Part shown: positions 48,963 to 59,433 of the stretch, piece after piece
How the letters are laid out: the number at the start of each line of letters is the position of its first letter
Position numbering within the stretch: position 1 is the first letter of the stretch
Source: an uncultured bacterium
Lineage (GTDB): Bacteria > Zixibacteria > MSB-5A5 > GN15 > FEB-12
Direction of reading: 5' to 3'
Assembly: GCA_965372795.1 (NCBI GenBank)
Contig: CBDVDR010000009.1
Location: forward strand, 32,001 to 96,000
Length of the DNA: 64,000 nt
Notes under the pieces: model-generated
Database searches by the model: none
Told to the model about the DNA's origin: nothing
The model's input: the letters and a program-made list of their open reading frames with translations, nothing else
Translations under genes and position numbers: made by a program

Positions 48963-49208
48963 TTAAATTATCTTTTCAAGCATAATTGTCCCGATTGAAA
49001 CAATAATACTTAAGTCTGAATAATATTTGTACTTGGCTCCCTTTTCAGTATAAGCTTTGCATATCCCATCGTATCCGATATACCAATGCTTTGGATTATA
49101 CCAAAGTAACGACTTACCAAAGTTTGTCATATGTTTTCGGGCAATAAACCTAAAGACCAAACCATTGCTTAGTAATAAAATTATAAGAGCTTGTATAACT
49201 TTTTCCAT
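48963..49208 (-). CDS. Small two-TM protein, paralog 2 (candidate orphan immunity protein)
   Basis: 81 aa from MEKVIQAL after a CAGGAGGG RBS; 47/81 identical to 49453..49698 by manual gapless alignment. Confidence 0.8.
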   Translation of the reverse strand: MEKVIQALIILLLSNGLVFRFIARKHMTNFGKSLLWYNPKHWYIGYDGICKAYTEKGAKYKYYSDLSIIVSIGTIMLEKII

Positions 49209-49374
49209 CGTTCCCTCCTGCAATTTAAACGACTTCGAAAAACCCTGAGTTGGTTATGTTTTTTAGATACTTATAAAGTATGGAATTATTCAAAACCTGT
49301 CAACAATAAATTTATACTATTGTCCATAATTGTCAGAAAAAATGCCAGTGTAGAATATATACTCTTTCTAATAA

Positions 49375-49403
49375 ACAAGGCGGGTATAAAATACCCACCT
49401 TGT
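49375..49403. terminator. Hairpin between the two paralogs
   Basis: acaaggcgggta-taaaa-tacccaccttgt. Confidence 0.55.
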
Positions 49404-49452
49404 CTTTGTTGCCAATATTTCATGCCGACACATCACCCCTCGGCAATCTTAT

Positions 49453-49698
49453 CTACACAACTTTCTCAAGCAGCATCAACCCTATCGCCATCAGAAAAAA
49501 CAACTTTGAACGATACTTAAGTTTAGCACCTTCAGCAGTGTACATTTTACATACATCATTATAACCGGTATACCAGTTTTTTGGATTGTACCACTTAAGC
49601 GACTTTCCAAACTGAGTCAATTGCTTACCAGCTTTAAATCGAAAAAATAATGCCACACTTAAGGATACGATCAAAAGTGCTTGTATAATTTTTTCCAT
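49453..49698 (-). CDS. Small two-TM protein, paralog 1 (candidate cognate immunity protein)
   Basis: 81 aa, CAGGAGGG RBS, starts 13 nt after the lipoprotein stop; shared FGKSL.WYNPK.WY.GY motif. Confidence 0.8.
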   Translation of the reverse strand: MEKIIQALLIVSLSVALFFRFKAGKQLTQFGKSLKWYNPKNWYTGYNDVCKMYTAEGAKLKYRSKLFFLMAIGLMLLEKVV

Positions 49699-49711
49699 TT
49701 TCCCTCCTGTG

Positions 49712-50650
49712 TTAATGATCCCACAGATCGAAAAGATCCATGATCTTGCAAGTTATTGCCCCAGCCGCACAAGGACCACATATCGGGTTAACCCCTTCCG
49801 GACATTTTACTGCTGTACAAATTTCCATTATTGTACAAAGCGTACTTGCCCAATCAGGTCTCTCGCCCAATTGCTGGGTTGTGTCGGCATAGCTATTATA
49901 GAACCAATCGCCAAAATCCTGATTTACAATTAAATCAGTTACGATTTCACCATTGGTATTATTATGCAAAGTGTTATCAGATTCATAGAAATCATGAAAA
50001 TCTACCAAAGTTGCCAATATTTGAGAATCTAACCCACTATACTCGGTTATATCAAAACTGCTCCTGTTACTCGATAGTAACTCCTGCAAAGCCCTGATTG
50101 TGTCAGAATCGGTTGTATCAAATACAAAAGTATCAACCGATCCATTAATATTGTAAATTTCAGTGCGGGTTGTTGAGGATATTATTCTCTGAATATCCAT
50201 TGAATCAGAGGTTGTTTTCTCATTCAGCCATAAAATTTCAGAATTACTGGTATCGACCGACACATCATACTCCCAAAGAAGATTTCCGCTTGTATCTTTC
50301 AATGTTGTTGTATGTCCGAAAATGTTTGCGTTCTCATAATAATCGGTAATAAATCGATACTCGGTAGTATCATTCGAGTCGTAAACAGCCATGTAATAAG
50401 TTACTTTGGCATTCGTCGTATCAATTATTACTGAGACTATCGTTACTGAAAAGTCAGTTATTGAAAATGTATAAGGCAGCGGACTCGGCGGGTCTGGCAA
50501 ACCTGGAAATGTATCTATTGGACCAAGAGCTATCCCCGTCCCCAAATTACTATCAACAACTTTCTTATCTAATGAATCACAACCGATTAGATAAACATAA
50601 ACGGTAACCATTAATAAACTAACTATTATGAAAAGCATTCTTTTTTTCAT
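49712..50650 (-). CDS. Lipoprotein with a C-terminal 6-Cys hydrophobic peptide
   Basis: AAGGA RBS, MKKRMLF..LIGC lipobox, Pro linker, Thr/Asp-rich body, C-x5-C-x4-C-x7-C-x2-C-x6-C tail. Confidence 0.75.
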   Translation of the reverse strand: MKKRMLFIIVSLLMVTVYVYLIGCDSLDKKVVDSNLGTGIALGPIDTFPGLPDPPSPLPYTFSITDFSVTIVSVIIDTTNAKVTYYMAVYDSNDTTEYRFITDYYENANIFGHTTTLKDTSGNLLWEYDVSVDTSNSEILWLNEKTTSDSMDIQRIISSTTRTEIYNINGSVDTFVFDTTDSDTIRALQELLSSNRSSFDITEYSGLDSQILATLVDFHDFYESDNTLHNNTNGEIVTDLIVNQDFGDWFYNSYADTTQQLGERPDWASTLCTIMEICTAVKCPEGVNPICGPCAAGAITCKIMDLFDLWDH

Positions 50651-51043
50651 AATGATTTCCTTTCTCAATTGATTTTTTAAAATTGTTTTTTTTGCGTAAA
50701 ATCGATTGAGAATTACTACGTATAACTCATCCCGTACCTCCTTCTCATAAATATTATTTCCCCGAGACATCCCTGGTGATGTTGACGTAATTAATATTGT
50801 TACTTTTAGAGTAGTGCCCTTTGCGTTTTTCTAAAAAATGCTAATAACTCTAAAAATGCGTGTTAACCCTAGTGTTCTTATTTTATATAATCATCTTATT
50901 TCTGTCAACCAAAAAAACAAACAATGCGATTATTTTTTTTGTTAAATTATCCTTGACTAATCTTGTCAGCAATAAATATTGCATTAATTAAAATAGGCCG
51001 ACCTGTTCAGACCCACATATATTCATATATAATTTTCTCCTCT

Positions 51044-51502
51044 TTACGTAAAAGCTATCATTTTGGGGTGCACTAATCGCTCAAAATCATCGTAAGAAAT
51101 CCTAACCAGCTCAGTATGTGCTCCGGCATTAAAGGCAATCTCTTCATCATCTGCCAACCGGCGAGCAACCAGTACTTTCAACCCATACAGGTTGCCAAAA
51201 GGAGGCATGGCACCGGGGGCGCATCCCGGAAATACATTCTTAAATTCATCTTCAGTTGCAAGTTCAACCGAATCAGCACCAAGTTCCTTTTTTAAACTAG
51301 CTAATTTCACTCGATGAGATGATGGTAAAACTGTCATAGTTAATATCCCGTTGATTTTAACCATTACAATTTTAGCCAGTTCTTTCGCCGGAACATGAGC
51401 TGAGGCTGCAATTTCATGGGCTGTATATGCCGGAGAATGGTTGATTGTTACATATTTGACATGGTTGTCATCCAGGAAGTCCTTCAATTTTTTGGTAGGC
51501 AT
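51044..51502 (-). CDS. YbaK/EbsC family aminoacyl-tRNA deacylase
   Basis: H..AYTA, LAKIV, GAMPPFG, FNAGAHTE. Confidence 0.9.
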   Translation of the reverse strand: MPTKKLKDFLDDNHVKYVTINHSPAYTAHEIAASAHVPAKELAKIVMVKINGILTMTVLPSSHRVKLASLKKELGADSVELATEDEFKNVFPGCAPGAMPPFGNLYGLKVLVARRLADDEEIAFNAGAHTELVRISYDDFERLVHPKMIAFT

Positions 51503-51718
51503 AGGAACCTCCTTAAAATAGATTATTCATAAATCTAATTTTAGTTTCATATATGATACGTTCCATTTTACTGTTTAGAGGGGTTTAAGTGGATATAAAT
51601 TTACCGAACAATCTTGGTAGACTAAAATTTATAAAAAAAGGCAAGCCTTCGAAAAGACCTGCCTTACTGTAGCAGCAAAAATTTAAGTAGCCGGGCTACT
51701 TACTTCCAAGTAATCTCG

Positions 51719-52966
51719 TTACTTCATATTCTTGATGATATAAGAAGCAAAATCGGCTGTACCAACTTTTCTTGCGCCTTTCATCTGACGTTCGAGATCA
51801 TAAGTAACCGTCTTTTTATCTATCGTCTTCTGGATCGCCTTAGTGATCAATTCACCGGCTTTATTCCAGCCCATGTAGTCAAGCATCATCACAGCTGAAA
51901 GGATGACAGAACCCGGATTGATAACATCTTTATCAGCATATTTCGGAGCCGTTCCATGAGTCGCTTCGAATAAACCGATATAATCACCAATGTTAGCTCC
52001 CGGAGCCATACCCAAACCTCCAACCTGAGCCGCACAAGCATCAGACAGATAATCACCATTCAAGTTTGGACAAGCCAGAATATCATATTCATCCGGACGG
52101 GTCAAAACCTGCTGGAAAATAGAATCAGCAATACGATCTTTAATAAGGATTTTGCCCTTTGGCATTTTCCCTTTGAATTTCGACCAGAGTTCATCCTCGG
52201 TTACGATTTTGCTTCTGAATTCTTTGATAGCAAGTTCATAACCCCAGTCACGGAAAGCACCTTCGGTAAATTTCATAATATTACCTTTGTGTACCAGTGT
52301 TACTGATGGGATTTTTTTAGCAATAGCGTATTGAATCGCTTTACGAACCAATCGTTTTGTTCCACTAACAGAAATCGGTTTGATTCCTATTCCGGAGTCA
52401 GAACGAATATTTGTTTTCATATTCTTGTTAAGCCAGTTGATGACTTTCTTAACATCTTTGGAACCTTTTTTCCATTCAATACCGGCATAGACATCTTCGG
52501 TGTTTTCACGGAAAATAACGACATTCATTTTTTCCGGATGAACGACCGGAGAACCAACGCCCTTAAAATAACTGACCGGGCGCACACAGGCGTAAAGGTT
52601 CATAATCTGTCGCAATGAAACATTCAATGAACGGAAACCGCCGCCGATTGGAGTAGTCAATGGTCCTTTAATGGCAACCAGATGTTTTTTTATAGCAGTG
52701 ATAGTTTCATCGGGAAGCCATTCACCATACAGATCATTGGCTTTTTCACCGGCATAAATTTCCATCCAGACAATCTTCTTTTTCCCTTTGAAAGCTTTTT
52801 CAACAGCAGCATCTACTACTCGTTTGGAAGCTTTCATAATATCGCGGCCGATTCCATCACCTTCGATGAACGGAATAATCGGATCGTTCGGAATAGAAAG
52901 TTTTTTGTTCTTTACTTTAATACCTGTTCCGTTAGTCGGCTCAACAATATGTTTGTACTTTGCCAA
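51719..52966 (-). CDS. icd: NADP-dependent isocitrate dehydrogenase
   Basis: [51 protein letters not shown]. Confidence 0.97.
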   Translation of the reverse strand: MAKYKHIVEPTNGTGIKVKNKKLSIPNDPIIPFIEGDGIGRDIMKASKRVVDAAVEKAFKGKKKIVWMEIYAGEKANDLYGEWLPDETITAIKKHLVAIKGPLTTPIGGGFRSLNVSLRQIMNLYACVRPVSYFKGVGSPVVHPEKMNVVIFRENTEDVYAGIEWKKGSKDVKKVINWLNKNMKTNIRSDSGIGIKPISVSGTKRLVRKAIQYAIAKKIPSVTLVHKGNIMKFTEGAFRDWGYELAIKEFRSKIVTEDELWSKFKGKMPKGKILIKDRIADSIFQQVLTRPDEYDILACPNLNGDYLSDACAAQVGGLGMAPGANIGDYIGLFEATHGTAPKYADKDVINPGSVILSAVMMLDYMGWNKAGELITKAIQKTIDKKTVTYDLERQMKGARKVGTADFASYIIKNMK

Positions 52967-52977
52967 TTTCTTTCTCC

Positions 52978-53907
52978 TTATTTGTAGCCGAGTTCTTTAA
53001 GATGCTTTTTATACGTCTTAGCCGAACCCTTTAATGCGGTTAATTCACTTTTACCAAGTTTTAATTGGATGATTTTTTCGACACCCTTAGCACCCAAAAT
53101 AACAGGTACGCCAATATAGATGTCTTTGATTCCGTACTGACCAGTCAAAAATGCAGATGCCGGCAACAGTTTTTTCTCATCATTAAAAATCGCTTTACAC
53201 ATATTAACAGAAGCAGCAGCCGGAGCATAATATGCTGAACCGGTACCAAGCAGTTTAACAATTTCACCACCGCCAAAACGGGTACGATCAACAAGTTCTT
53301 TGATTCTTTTTTTATCGATCAATTCTGTGATCGGAATACCTGAAACAGTAGTGTATCTTTCCAGCGGTACCATAGTATCACCATGTCCACCGAGAACCAT
53401 TGCTGAGATATCAGTCATAGCAACATTCAGTTCCATTGCGATAAAGGCTCTGAATCTGATTGAATCAAGAACTCCGGCTTGACCGATAACACGGTTTTTA
53501 GGGAATCCGGTGGCTCTTTGCATATGGAAAGTCATCAGATCAAGAGGATTTGAAACGACAATGACAAAACTCTTCGGGGCATATTTTTTGATCTCTTTAC
53601 CGCATGATTTTACAATAGCAGCATTTTTAGCTAAAAGATCTTCACGTGTCATTCCTGGTTTACGAGCCAATCCGGCAGTCATAATTACAATATCAGCACC
53701 TTTTAAATCAGAAAATTTGTTAGTGCCTTTAACCATCGCATTATACCCGCGAACCGGACCAGCCTGGGTTAAATCAAGAGCTTTACCTTGAGGAACGCCT
53801 TTGATAATATCAATCAAAATGATATCGGCAAAATTTTCTTCAGCAAGGTATTGAGCACAAGATGCGCCAACATGTCCTGCACCGATAACGGCGATTTTCT
53901 TATTCAT
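52978..53907 (-). CDS. mdh: LDH-like malate dehydrogenase
   Basis: [18 protein letters not shown] (substrate Arg), [13 protein letters not shown]. Confidence 0.95.
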   Translation of the reverse strand: MNKKIAVIGAGHVGASCAQYLAEENFADIILIDIIKGVPQGKALDLTQAGPVRGYNAMVKGTNKFSDLKGADIVIMTAGLARKPGMTREDLLAKNAAIVKSCGKEIKKYAPKSFVIVVSNPLDLMTFHMQRATGFPKNRVIGQAGVLDSIRFRAFIAMELNVAMTDISAMVLGGHGDTMVPLERYTTVSGIPITELIDKKRIKELVDRTRFGGGEIVKLLGTGSAYYAPAAASVNMCKAIFNDEKKLLPASAFLTGQYGIKDIYIGVPVILGAKGVEKIIQLKLGKSELTALKGSAKTYKKHLKELGYK

Positions 53908-53928
53908 ACTTCCTCCGAAAAATTTAAT

Positions 53929-55161
53929 TTAAGTGTTTTTATATTTTATAACCATATTTCCAGAATCATGCACAATGCAAAGACTAATAGAATCCTCTTT
54001 TAAAAGTCTTCCTTTAATAAATGTTTCTAAATCATGTACCGGCTCATAAAAAACATGCCGGGTAAATTCATCCTTGAGTTTTGAAAAAATCCCGACAAAA
54101 AAGCGTTTCGACATCCCATTCACCCGTGACAATTTATGTGAACCAAATTTGCATTGTCCGTCTTTGGCTCTGTTTTTTTCTTTATCCCACTCATTGGCAA
54201 GGTTATAAAACTTATCTGAACCGATACCATCATCACAAGCTGTTACTAAGATCACAGCACCATCATCCTTTACCGACATCTGTACATTCTCCAACCCCTT
54301 TTGTGCCTGATACAAACTATGATCAAGTGGCGGGTGCATCACGCTAAGAATCAAATCGTATTTGATTTCGGTTTCTTCTAAATATAATTCTTCCGCACTT
54401 TTAATACCTTCTTGAAATGTTTTTTGAACATCTCCGCAAAATACCGAAGCTATATTCTTTTTTGAATCAAATACAATCTGAATACTTAAAATTTTTGAAT
54501 CATCGAACAGGCTAAACAATTCGTCCAGATGCTCAGCCATCGGGTTACCCTTGATACGGCAAGGCTGCGCCTCAAGTGAATTCGCCAGATTATGATTGCG
54601 TTCAATAGTTGCAAAATCTGTCAAGCCCGGGAAAAATGATTTCCTCCCGCCTGAAAAACCGGCAAAATAATGAGGTTCAACCGAATTTATTACAATTGCA
54701 CGATCATGTTTGAACAGTTCTTTATCGAGATAAACCGGCTGCTCAAATTTATCGGTGCCGATCTCTCTCATTGTAGATAAATCAAAGGCATCATGAACAA
54801 CAATGCGGTCTTTCACAATTTTAAGAAACTTACCGAATATCTTTTCAAGCTGTTTTTGATTGGGTTTATCATGAGTTCCGGCAGCGATAAGAAAAGTTGC
54901 CCGGGTTAATACTGTACTGTTCAGCTTATCAAGCCATTCTAATATTGTTGGCGATGGGGTGTTTCGGTGAGCATCATTTAAAATTATAAGGGGTGAATCA
55001 CCTTGAAGAAACTCATCCCCGTTAGCTCGACTTAAAAGGTCGGTAAAGTCCTCAAATGAAAGCGGGCAGGTAGCTGCCTTTGGTCGATATTGATCAACCT
55101 GTACATTCTCAGGAATAGTAATCGCTATTCTTGAGTTGTCATAGTCCAGCTCTACTTCCAT
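53929..55161 (-). CDS. LarA-family nickel-pincer-dependent 2-hydroxyacid racemase
   Basis: NDAHRNTP, AAGTH, EPHYFAGFSGGRKSFFPG, ERNH, LYQAQKG. Confidence 0.85.
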   Translation of the reverse strand: MEVELDYDNSRIAITIPENVQVDQYRPKAATCPLSFEDFTDLLSRANGDEFLQGDSPLIILNDAHRNTPSPTILEWLDKLNSTVLTRATFLIAAGTHDKPNQKQLEKIFGKFLKIVKDRIVVHDAFDLSTMREIGTDKFEQPVYLDKELFKHDRAIVINSVEPHYFAGFSGGRKSFFPGLTDFATIERNHNLANSLEAQPCRIKGNPMAEHLDELFSLFDDSKILSIQIVFDSKKNIASVFCGDVQKTFQEGIKSAEELYLEETEIKYDLILSVMHPPLDHSLYQAQKGLENVQMSVKDDGAVILVTACDDGIGSDKFYNLANEWDKEKNRAKDGQCKFGSHKLSRVNGMSKRFFVGIFSKLKDEFTRHVFYEPVHDLETFIKGRLLKEDSISLCIVHDSGNMVIKYKNT

Positions 55162-55194
55162 TTATAGTTCTACACTACTTTCTTAGGTACTAAT

Positions 55195-55596
55195 CTACTG
55201 TCCGAAATGAAACGCGGCTTCAATCGCTGCATTTTCATCCGAATCAGATCCATGTACCGAATTTTTTTCAATATCCAATCCGATTTCAAATCGGATCGTT
55301 CCACATGCTGCATTTTTGGGATCGGTTGCACCGATAAGAGTCCGCAAATCTTCGACAGCATTTTCTTTCTCAAGTTCCATAGCGACAATCGGTCCGGAAA
55401 TCATAAAAGCCACCAGATCATTCAAAAATGGTTTGCCTTCATGTACTTTATAAAATTCCCGGGCTTTTTCTTCAGTGAGTCTTGTTAATTTGATATTAAC
55501 AATCACAAAACGTGATTTTTCTAGGCGTGATATCACATGACCGATCAAATTACGTTCAGTCGCATCCGGTTTAATCATTACAAGAGTTCTGCTCAA
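55195..55596 (-). CDS. ndk: Nucleoside diphosphate kinase
   Basis: IKPDA, GATDP, NSVHGSDS. Confidence 0.97.
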   Translation of the reverse strand: MSRTLVMIKPDATERNLIGHVISRLEKSRFVIVNIKLTRLTEEKAREFYKVHEGKPFLNDLVAFMISGPIVAMELEKENAVEDLRTLIGATDPKNAACGTIRFEIGLDIEKNSVHGSDSDENAAIEAAFHFGQ

Positions 55597-55609
55597 AATT
55601 ATCTCCGTA

Positions 55610-56191
55610 TTATTTTGATTCTTTCATTTTCGTTGCTTCGTCAAACCCGATTTGCAAAGCTTTTCTGTTTTTATCTTCGGTCCCTTGAGGAGCTCTTGCC
55701 AATACTGCTTCGGTAAGATGCTCAAGAGTCACAATATCAGTCAGAGCAGCGATGGCACCTAACGCAATTACATTGGCTACCATGATGTGGCCAACTTCTT
55801 GACGAGCAAGGCGGGTAAAATCCATACCGAAATAATTATCAGTTGGAAACTCAGTACAGAGACTGGTGTCAATTATAAGAATTCCACCCTCTTTGAGATC
55901 GCCATAGTATTTATCAAGTGATTCCTGAGTCATCGCCAGAAGCAGGTCAAGTTTCATAGCTTTGGGATAGAATATTTCACTGTCAGAAACAACCAAATCA
56001 GCTTTGGATGCTCCCCCACGTGCTTCCGGACCGTAAGATTGAGATTGAACAACTTTTTTACCTTCGTTCAATCCAACCGCTTCACCGAGGACAACCGCAC
56101 CAAAAATCATCCCTTGTCCGCCAGAACCGGATAAACGCACTTCAAATCGGTCCTGAGGAATTTCTATTTTATCTAAAAATTTTGCAGCCAT
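55610..56191 (-). CDS. korC: 2-oxoacid:ferredoxin oxidoreductase gamma subunit
   Basis: GSGGQG, SYGPEARGG. Confidence 0.9.
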   Translation of the reverse strand: MAAKFLDKIEIPQDRFEVRLSGSGGQGMIFGAVVLGEAVGLNEGKKVVQSQSYGPEARGGASKADLVVSDSEIFYPKAMKLDLLLAMTQESLDKYYGDLKEGGILIIDTSLCTEFPTDNYFGMDFTRLARQEVGHIMVANVIALGAIAALTDIVTLEHLTEAVLARAPQGTEDKNRKALQIGFDEATKMKESK

Positions 56192-56198
56192 TATTACC

Positions 56199-57038
56199 TC
56201 ATTTAACCAGATGGGAATCAACTACATGTTGATACTCATCACAGAATTCTGTATTATCATCTTCATGAACAACACCAAGAATATGCTTACCGACCAGCTC
56301 TTCCTTAGTCATTTTATCAGCTTTTGCTTTCATTACTGAATCATCTTTAAATTGATTCAGCATTGCCACGGCGTCACCTTTACGATTCAAACGACCATAA
56401 TAGGTATGACAATTTGAGATTGCTTCTAAAAGAGAAAAACCGCGATGTTCCAAAGCCTTGCTGATCATTTTTTCCAAATGGATTGCATGATAAACAGTGC
56501 CTCGAGCAACAAAAGAAGCTCCGGCTCCGGTTGCTAAACCGCAGGGATCAAAATTCTTTTCAACATTTCCATAAGGTGAAGTTGTTGCAATTGACTTCGG
56601 AGGAGTTGTCGGAGAACACTGACCGCCGGTCATTCCATAAATATTATTGTTAATCAATATTGTTGTGATATCAATATTTCTCCGGCATGCATGAATAAAG
56701 TGATTGCCGCCGATTGCTAAGGCATCACCGTCACCGGTAATCACGATAACTTTCATATGCGGCTGAGCAAATTTAACGCCGGTTGCAAAGGGCAATGCCC
56801 GACCATGAGTTGTATGAAGCGTATGAAAATCCATATAAATCGGAAGTCTGCTGGAACAACCGATTCCGGAAATCATCGCAATATTGTCTTTGTCATATCC
56901 GAGTTTATCAATTGCTCGAACCAAAGCACCCATCACAATTCCGTTACCGCATCCGGGACACCAGACACTCGGGAATTTTTTCTTGGGACGGAGGTAGTTC
57001 ATGAAAACATCAGATTTTTGTTTTACAACAGTAGCCAT
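56199..57038 (-). CDS. korB: 2-oxoacid:ferredoxin oxidoreductase beta subunit
   Basis: WCPGCG, SGIGCS, GDGD, YGMTGGQ. Confidence 0.92.
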   Translation of the reverse strand: MATVVKQKSDVFMNYLRPKKKFPSVWCPGCGNGIVMGALVRAIDKLGYDKDNIAMISGIGCSSRLPIYMDFHTLHTTHGRALPFATGVKFAQPHMKVIVITGDGDALAIGGNHFIHACRRNIDITTILINNNIYGMTGGQCSPTTPPKSIATTSPYGNVEKNFDPCGLATGAGASFVARGTVYHAIHLEKMISKALEHRGFSLLEAISNCHTYYGRLNRKGDAVAMLNQFKDDSVMKAKADKMTKEELVGKHILGVVHEDDNTEFCDEYQHVVDSHLVK

Positions 57039-58171
57039 TACAGCACCTCCTCAAGTTTTTCTAACAATTGCATTGGTGTCATAATCTCACCGTCGTAACG
57101 CTGTAACGAATGCACTTCTTTATCTTTAAGGACCCGTTCAACCTCTAGAACAATTTGCCCCATGTTTAATTCACCGACGATTATTTTTTTCGCCTTGGAA
57201 CAAAGGTCTTTTAGCTGTTCTTCCGGGAAAGGCCAGATAGTATAAAGTTGAATCACACCAACTTTGACACCGGCTTTACGCGCTATTGAAGCGGCTTGTA
57301 AAGCGGCTCTTGCAACTGAACCATAAGCTACAAAAATGACTTCCGCATCATCAATCATCTCGGTCCGAAGCTTGAAGATTTCATCTTTATAGTTTTCAAT
57401 TTTATTTCTGAGTTTATCCAATTTCGGGAAAATTTCTTCAGGATTATTGGTCGAGAAACCCATAGGATCATGAGTTAAACCGGTAACATGAAAACGATAT
57501 CCTTTTCCATAGCCTGCCATCGGAGAAACCAGATTCTCTGTGAATTCATATGGCTTAAAATTTTCCGGACCTACTGTTGGAGTAACTCTATTAATTATTT
57601 CAATTTCGCCCGGCTCAGGCATAGTTACGATCTCACGCATATGCCCGATCACCTCATCAAGGAGGATCGTAACCGGAGTATGAAATCTTTCTGCAAGCGA
57701 AAAGGCTCGGATAGTTTCTGTTAAAGATTCTTCAACCGTTGATGGAGCAACAGCAATTGAAGTAAAATCGCCATGAGTTCCCCATCTGGCCTGCATCGTA
57801 TCAGACTGACTCACTTTGGTTGGTAGTCCGGTTGAAGGACCACCGCGCTGAACATTTACTATGACACATGGAGTCTCGGTCATATAAGCATAACCAATAT
57901 TTTCAAGCATCAATGAATAACCGGGACCTGAAGTTGCCGTCATCGTTTTTCTACCGGAAACCGAAGCTCCGATAATCGCAGCAATTGATCCTATTTCATC
58001 TTCCATTTGTATGAAACGACCACCTAATTTAGGCAGTTCGCGAGCACAACCTTCAGCGATTTCTGTCGAAGGTGTAATCGGATACCCGGCATAGAATGTC
58101 ATTCCCGAATAAATGGCGCCTTCCACACAAGCTGCATTACCTTGAAGTAATTTCTTTTTTCTTTCTGCCAT
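57038..58171 (-). CDS. korA: 2-oxoacid:ferredoxin oxidoreductase alpha subunit
   Basis: YPITPST, QMEDEI, TATSGPG, QRGGPSTGLPT. Confidence 0.92.
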   Translation of the reverse strand: MAERKKKLLQGNAACVEGAIYSGMTFYAGYPITPSTEIAEGCARELPKLGGRFIQMEDEIGSIAAIIGASVSGRKTMTATSGPGYSLMLENIGYAYMTETPCVIVNVQRGGPSTGLPTKVSQSDTMQARWGTHGDFTSIAVAPSTVEESLTETIRAFSLAERFHTPVTILLDEVIGHMREIVTMPEPGEIEIINRVTPTVGPENFKPYEFTENLVSPMAGYGKGYRFHVTGLTHDPMGFSTNNPEEIFPKLDKLRNKIENYKDEIFKLRTEMIDDAEVIFVAYGSVARAALQAASIARKAGVKVGVIQLYTIWPFPEEQLKDLCSKAKKIIVGELNMGQIVLEVERVLKDKEVHSLQRYDGEIMTPMQLLEKLEEVL

Positions 58172-58182
58172 TGCCGCGTTCC

Positions 58183-58446
58183 TTACTTGTAATTTGAAAT
58201 TATGGCAAGATCGGGGCAATGAATCCAGCATATCGAACACTGGGTACAACTATCCGGTCGCGCCTGTACAGGTTTACCATCATGATCAGGTTCGAAAACC
58301 TGAGTTGGGCATAGGGCGATGCAAAGATTACAGGCTTTGCACCATGACAAATTGATTTCCAAAGGTGCTGGACCATTGGAGTAATCATACTTGGATTTGA
58401 CAGCCTTTTTTTCTTTTGAATCGTCTGTCATTTTTGACTCAGTCAT
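58183..58446 (-). CDS. korD: 2[4Fe-4S] ferredoxin, delta subunit
   Basis: CKACNLCIALCP and CTQCSICWIHCP. Confidence 0.88.
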   Translation of the reverse strand: MTESKMTDDSKEKKAVKSKYDYSNGPAPLEINLSWCKACNLCIALCPTQVFEPDHDGKPVQARPDSCTQCSICWIHCPDLAIISNYK

Positions 58447-58490
58447 TATTATCCTCGATGAATCTTATTTTAGTTTCTTATTTTCTATTA

Positions 58491-59417
58491 CTATACAGCA
58501 GCTTTCTTCTCTGCATTTATTCTCTTAATCAATTCTTTTGCGTTGCCGCCTTTTAAAAGCTCTTTCATCAAACCTGGAATCTCTGTCGGAGAACCCGCAA
58601 CCGGAATACCAACTTTGTTTAAAGCAGCAATTTTATCTAAGGCCGTTCCGGTTCCACCAGAAATAATCGCACCGGCATGCCCCATACGTTTTCCGGGAGG
58701 AGCTGTTTGCCCGGCAATAAAACTAACAACCGGCTTGGTCAGTTTTTTCTTGATATATTTTGCGGCATCTTCTTCATCAGTGCCGCCGATTTCGCCAAGC
58801 ATTACGATTCCTTTAGTCGATCTATCTGCTTCAAAAGCTTCCAAACAATCAATAAAGTTTGTTCCGATAACCTGATCGCCACCGATTCCAATACAAGTTG
58901 ACTGTCCCATACCGGCACTGGTAAGCGCCCAAATCGCTTCATAGGTCAAGGTTCCTGATCGTGAGACAACTCCGATGTTGCCTTTTTTGACAATGCTTCC
59001 CGGCATAATCCCAACTTTTGATTCACCCGGACTAATTAATCCGGGACAGTTAGGACCGATCAAGCGAATACCCTTCTCTATTACGAGTGGGTAAACTTTC
59101 ATCATCTCATTGGCAGGTACGCCCTCGGTGATACATACAATAGTCTTAATTCCAGCATCAATCGCTTCAAAAATAGCATCTATTGCAAACGGAGGAGGAA
59201 CATAAATAACTGAAGTGTTGGCTTTGGTCTTTGCAACCGCATCTTCAACCGTATTATAGACCGAAATACCGGAGACTTTTGTACCGCCTTTACCCGGAGT
59301 CACTCCGGCAACAACGTTAGTTCCATAAGCTTTCATCTGTTCAGTATGGAATGAACCATCCCGACCGGTAATTCCCTGAACAATTAATTTTGTTCTTTTA
59401 TTAATAAAAATCGACAT
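58491..59417 (-). CDS. sucD: Succinyl-CoA synthetase alpha subunit
   Basis: [26 protein letters not shown]. Confidence 0.97.
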   Translation of the reverse strand: MSIFINKRTKLIVQGITGRDGSFHTEQMKAYGTNVVAGVTPGKGGTKVSGISVYNTVEDAVAKTKANTSVIYVPPPFAIDAIFEAIDAGIKTIVCITEGVPANEMMKVYPLVIEKGIRLIGPNCPGLISPGESKVGIMPGSIVKKGNIGVVSRSGTLTYEAIWALTSAGMGQSTCIGIGGDQVIGTNFIDCLEAFEADRSTKGIVMLGEIGGTDEEDAAKYIKKKLTKPVVSFIAGQTAPPGKRMGHAGAIISGGTGTALDKIAALNKVGIPVAGSPTEIPGLMKELLKGGNAKELIKRINAEKKAAV

Positions 59418-59433
59418 CTAAATTATCCTCTCT

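Noticed and set aside
50651..50770. 40-aa N-terminal extension of the lipoprotein in the ORF track
   Set aside because: The RBS and signal peptide point to ATG 50650 as the start
55170..55388. 72-aa alternative-frame ORF inside ndk, and similar short nested ORFs throughout the window
   Set aside because: Overlap well-supported genes and show no RBS or motif support
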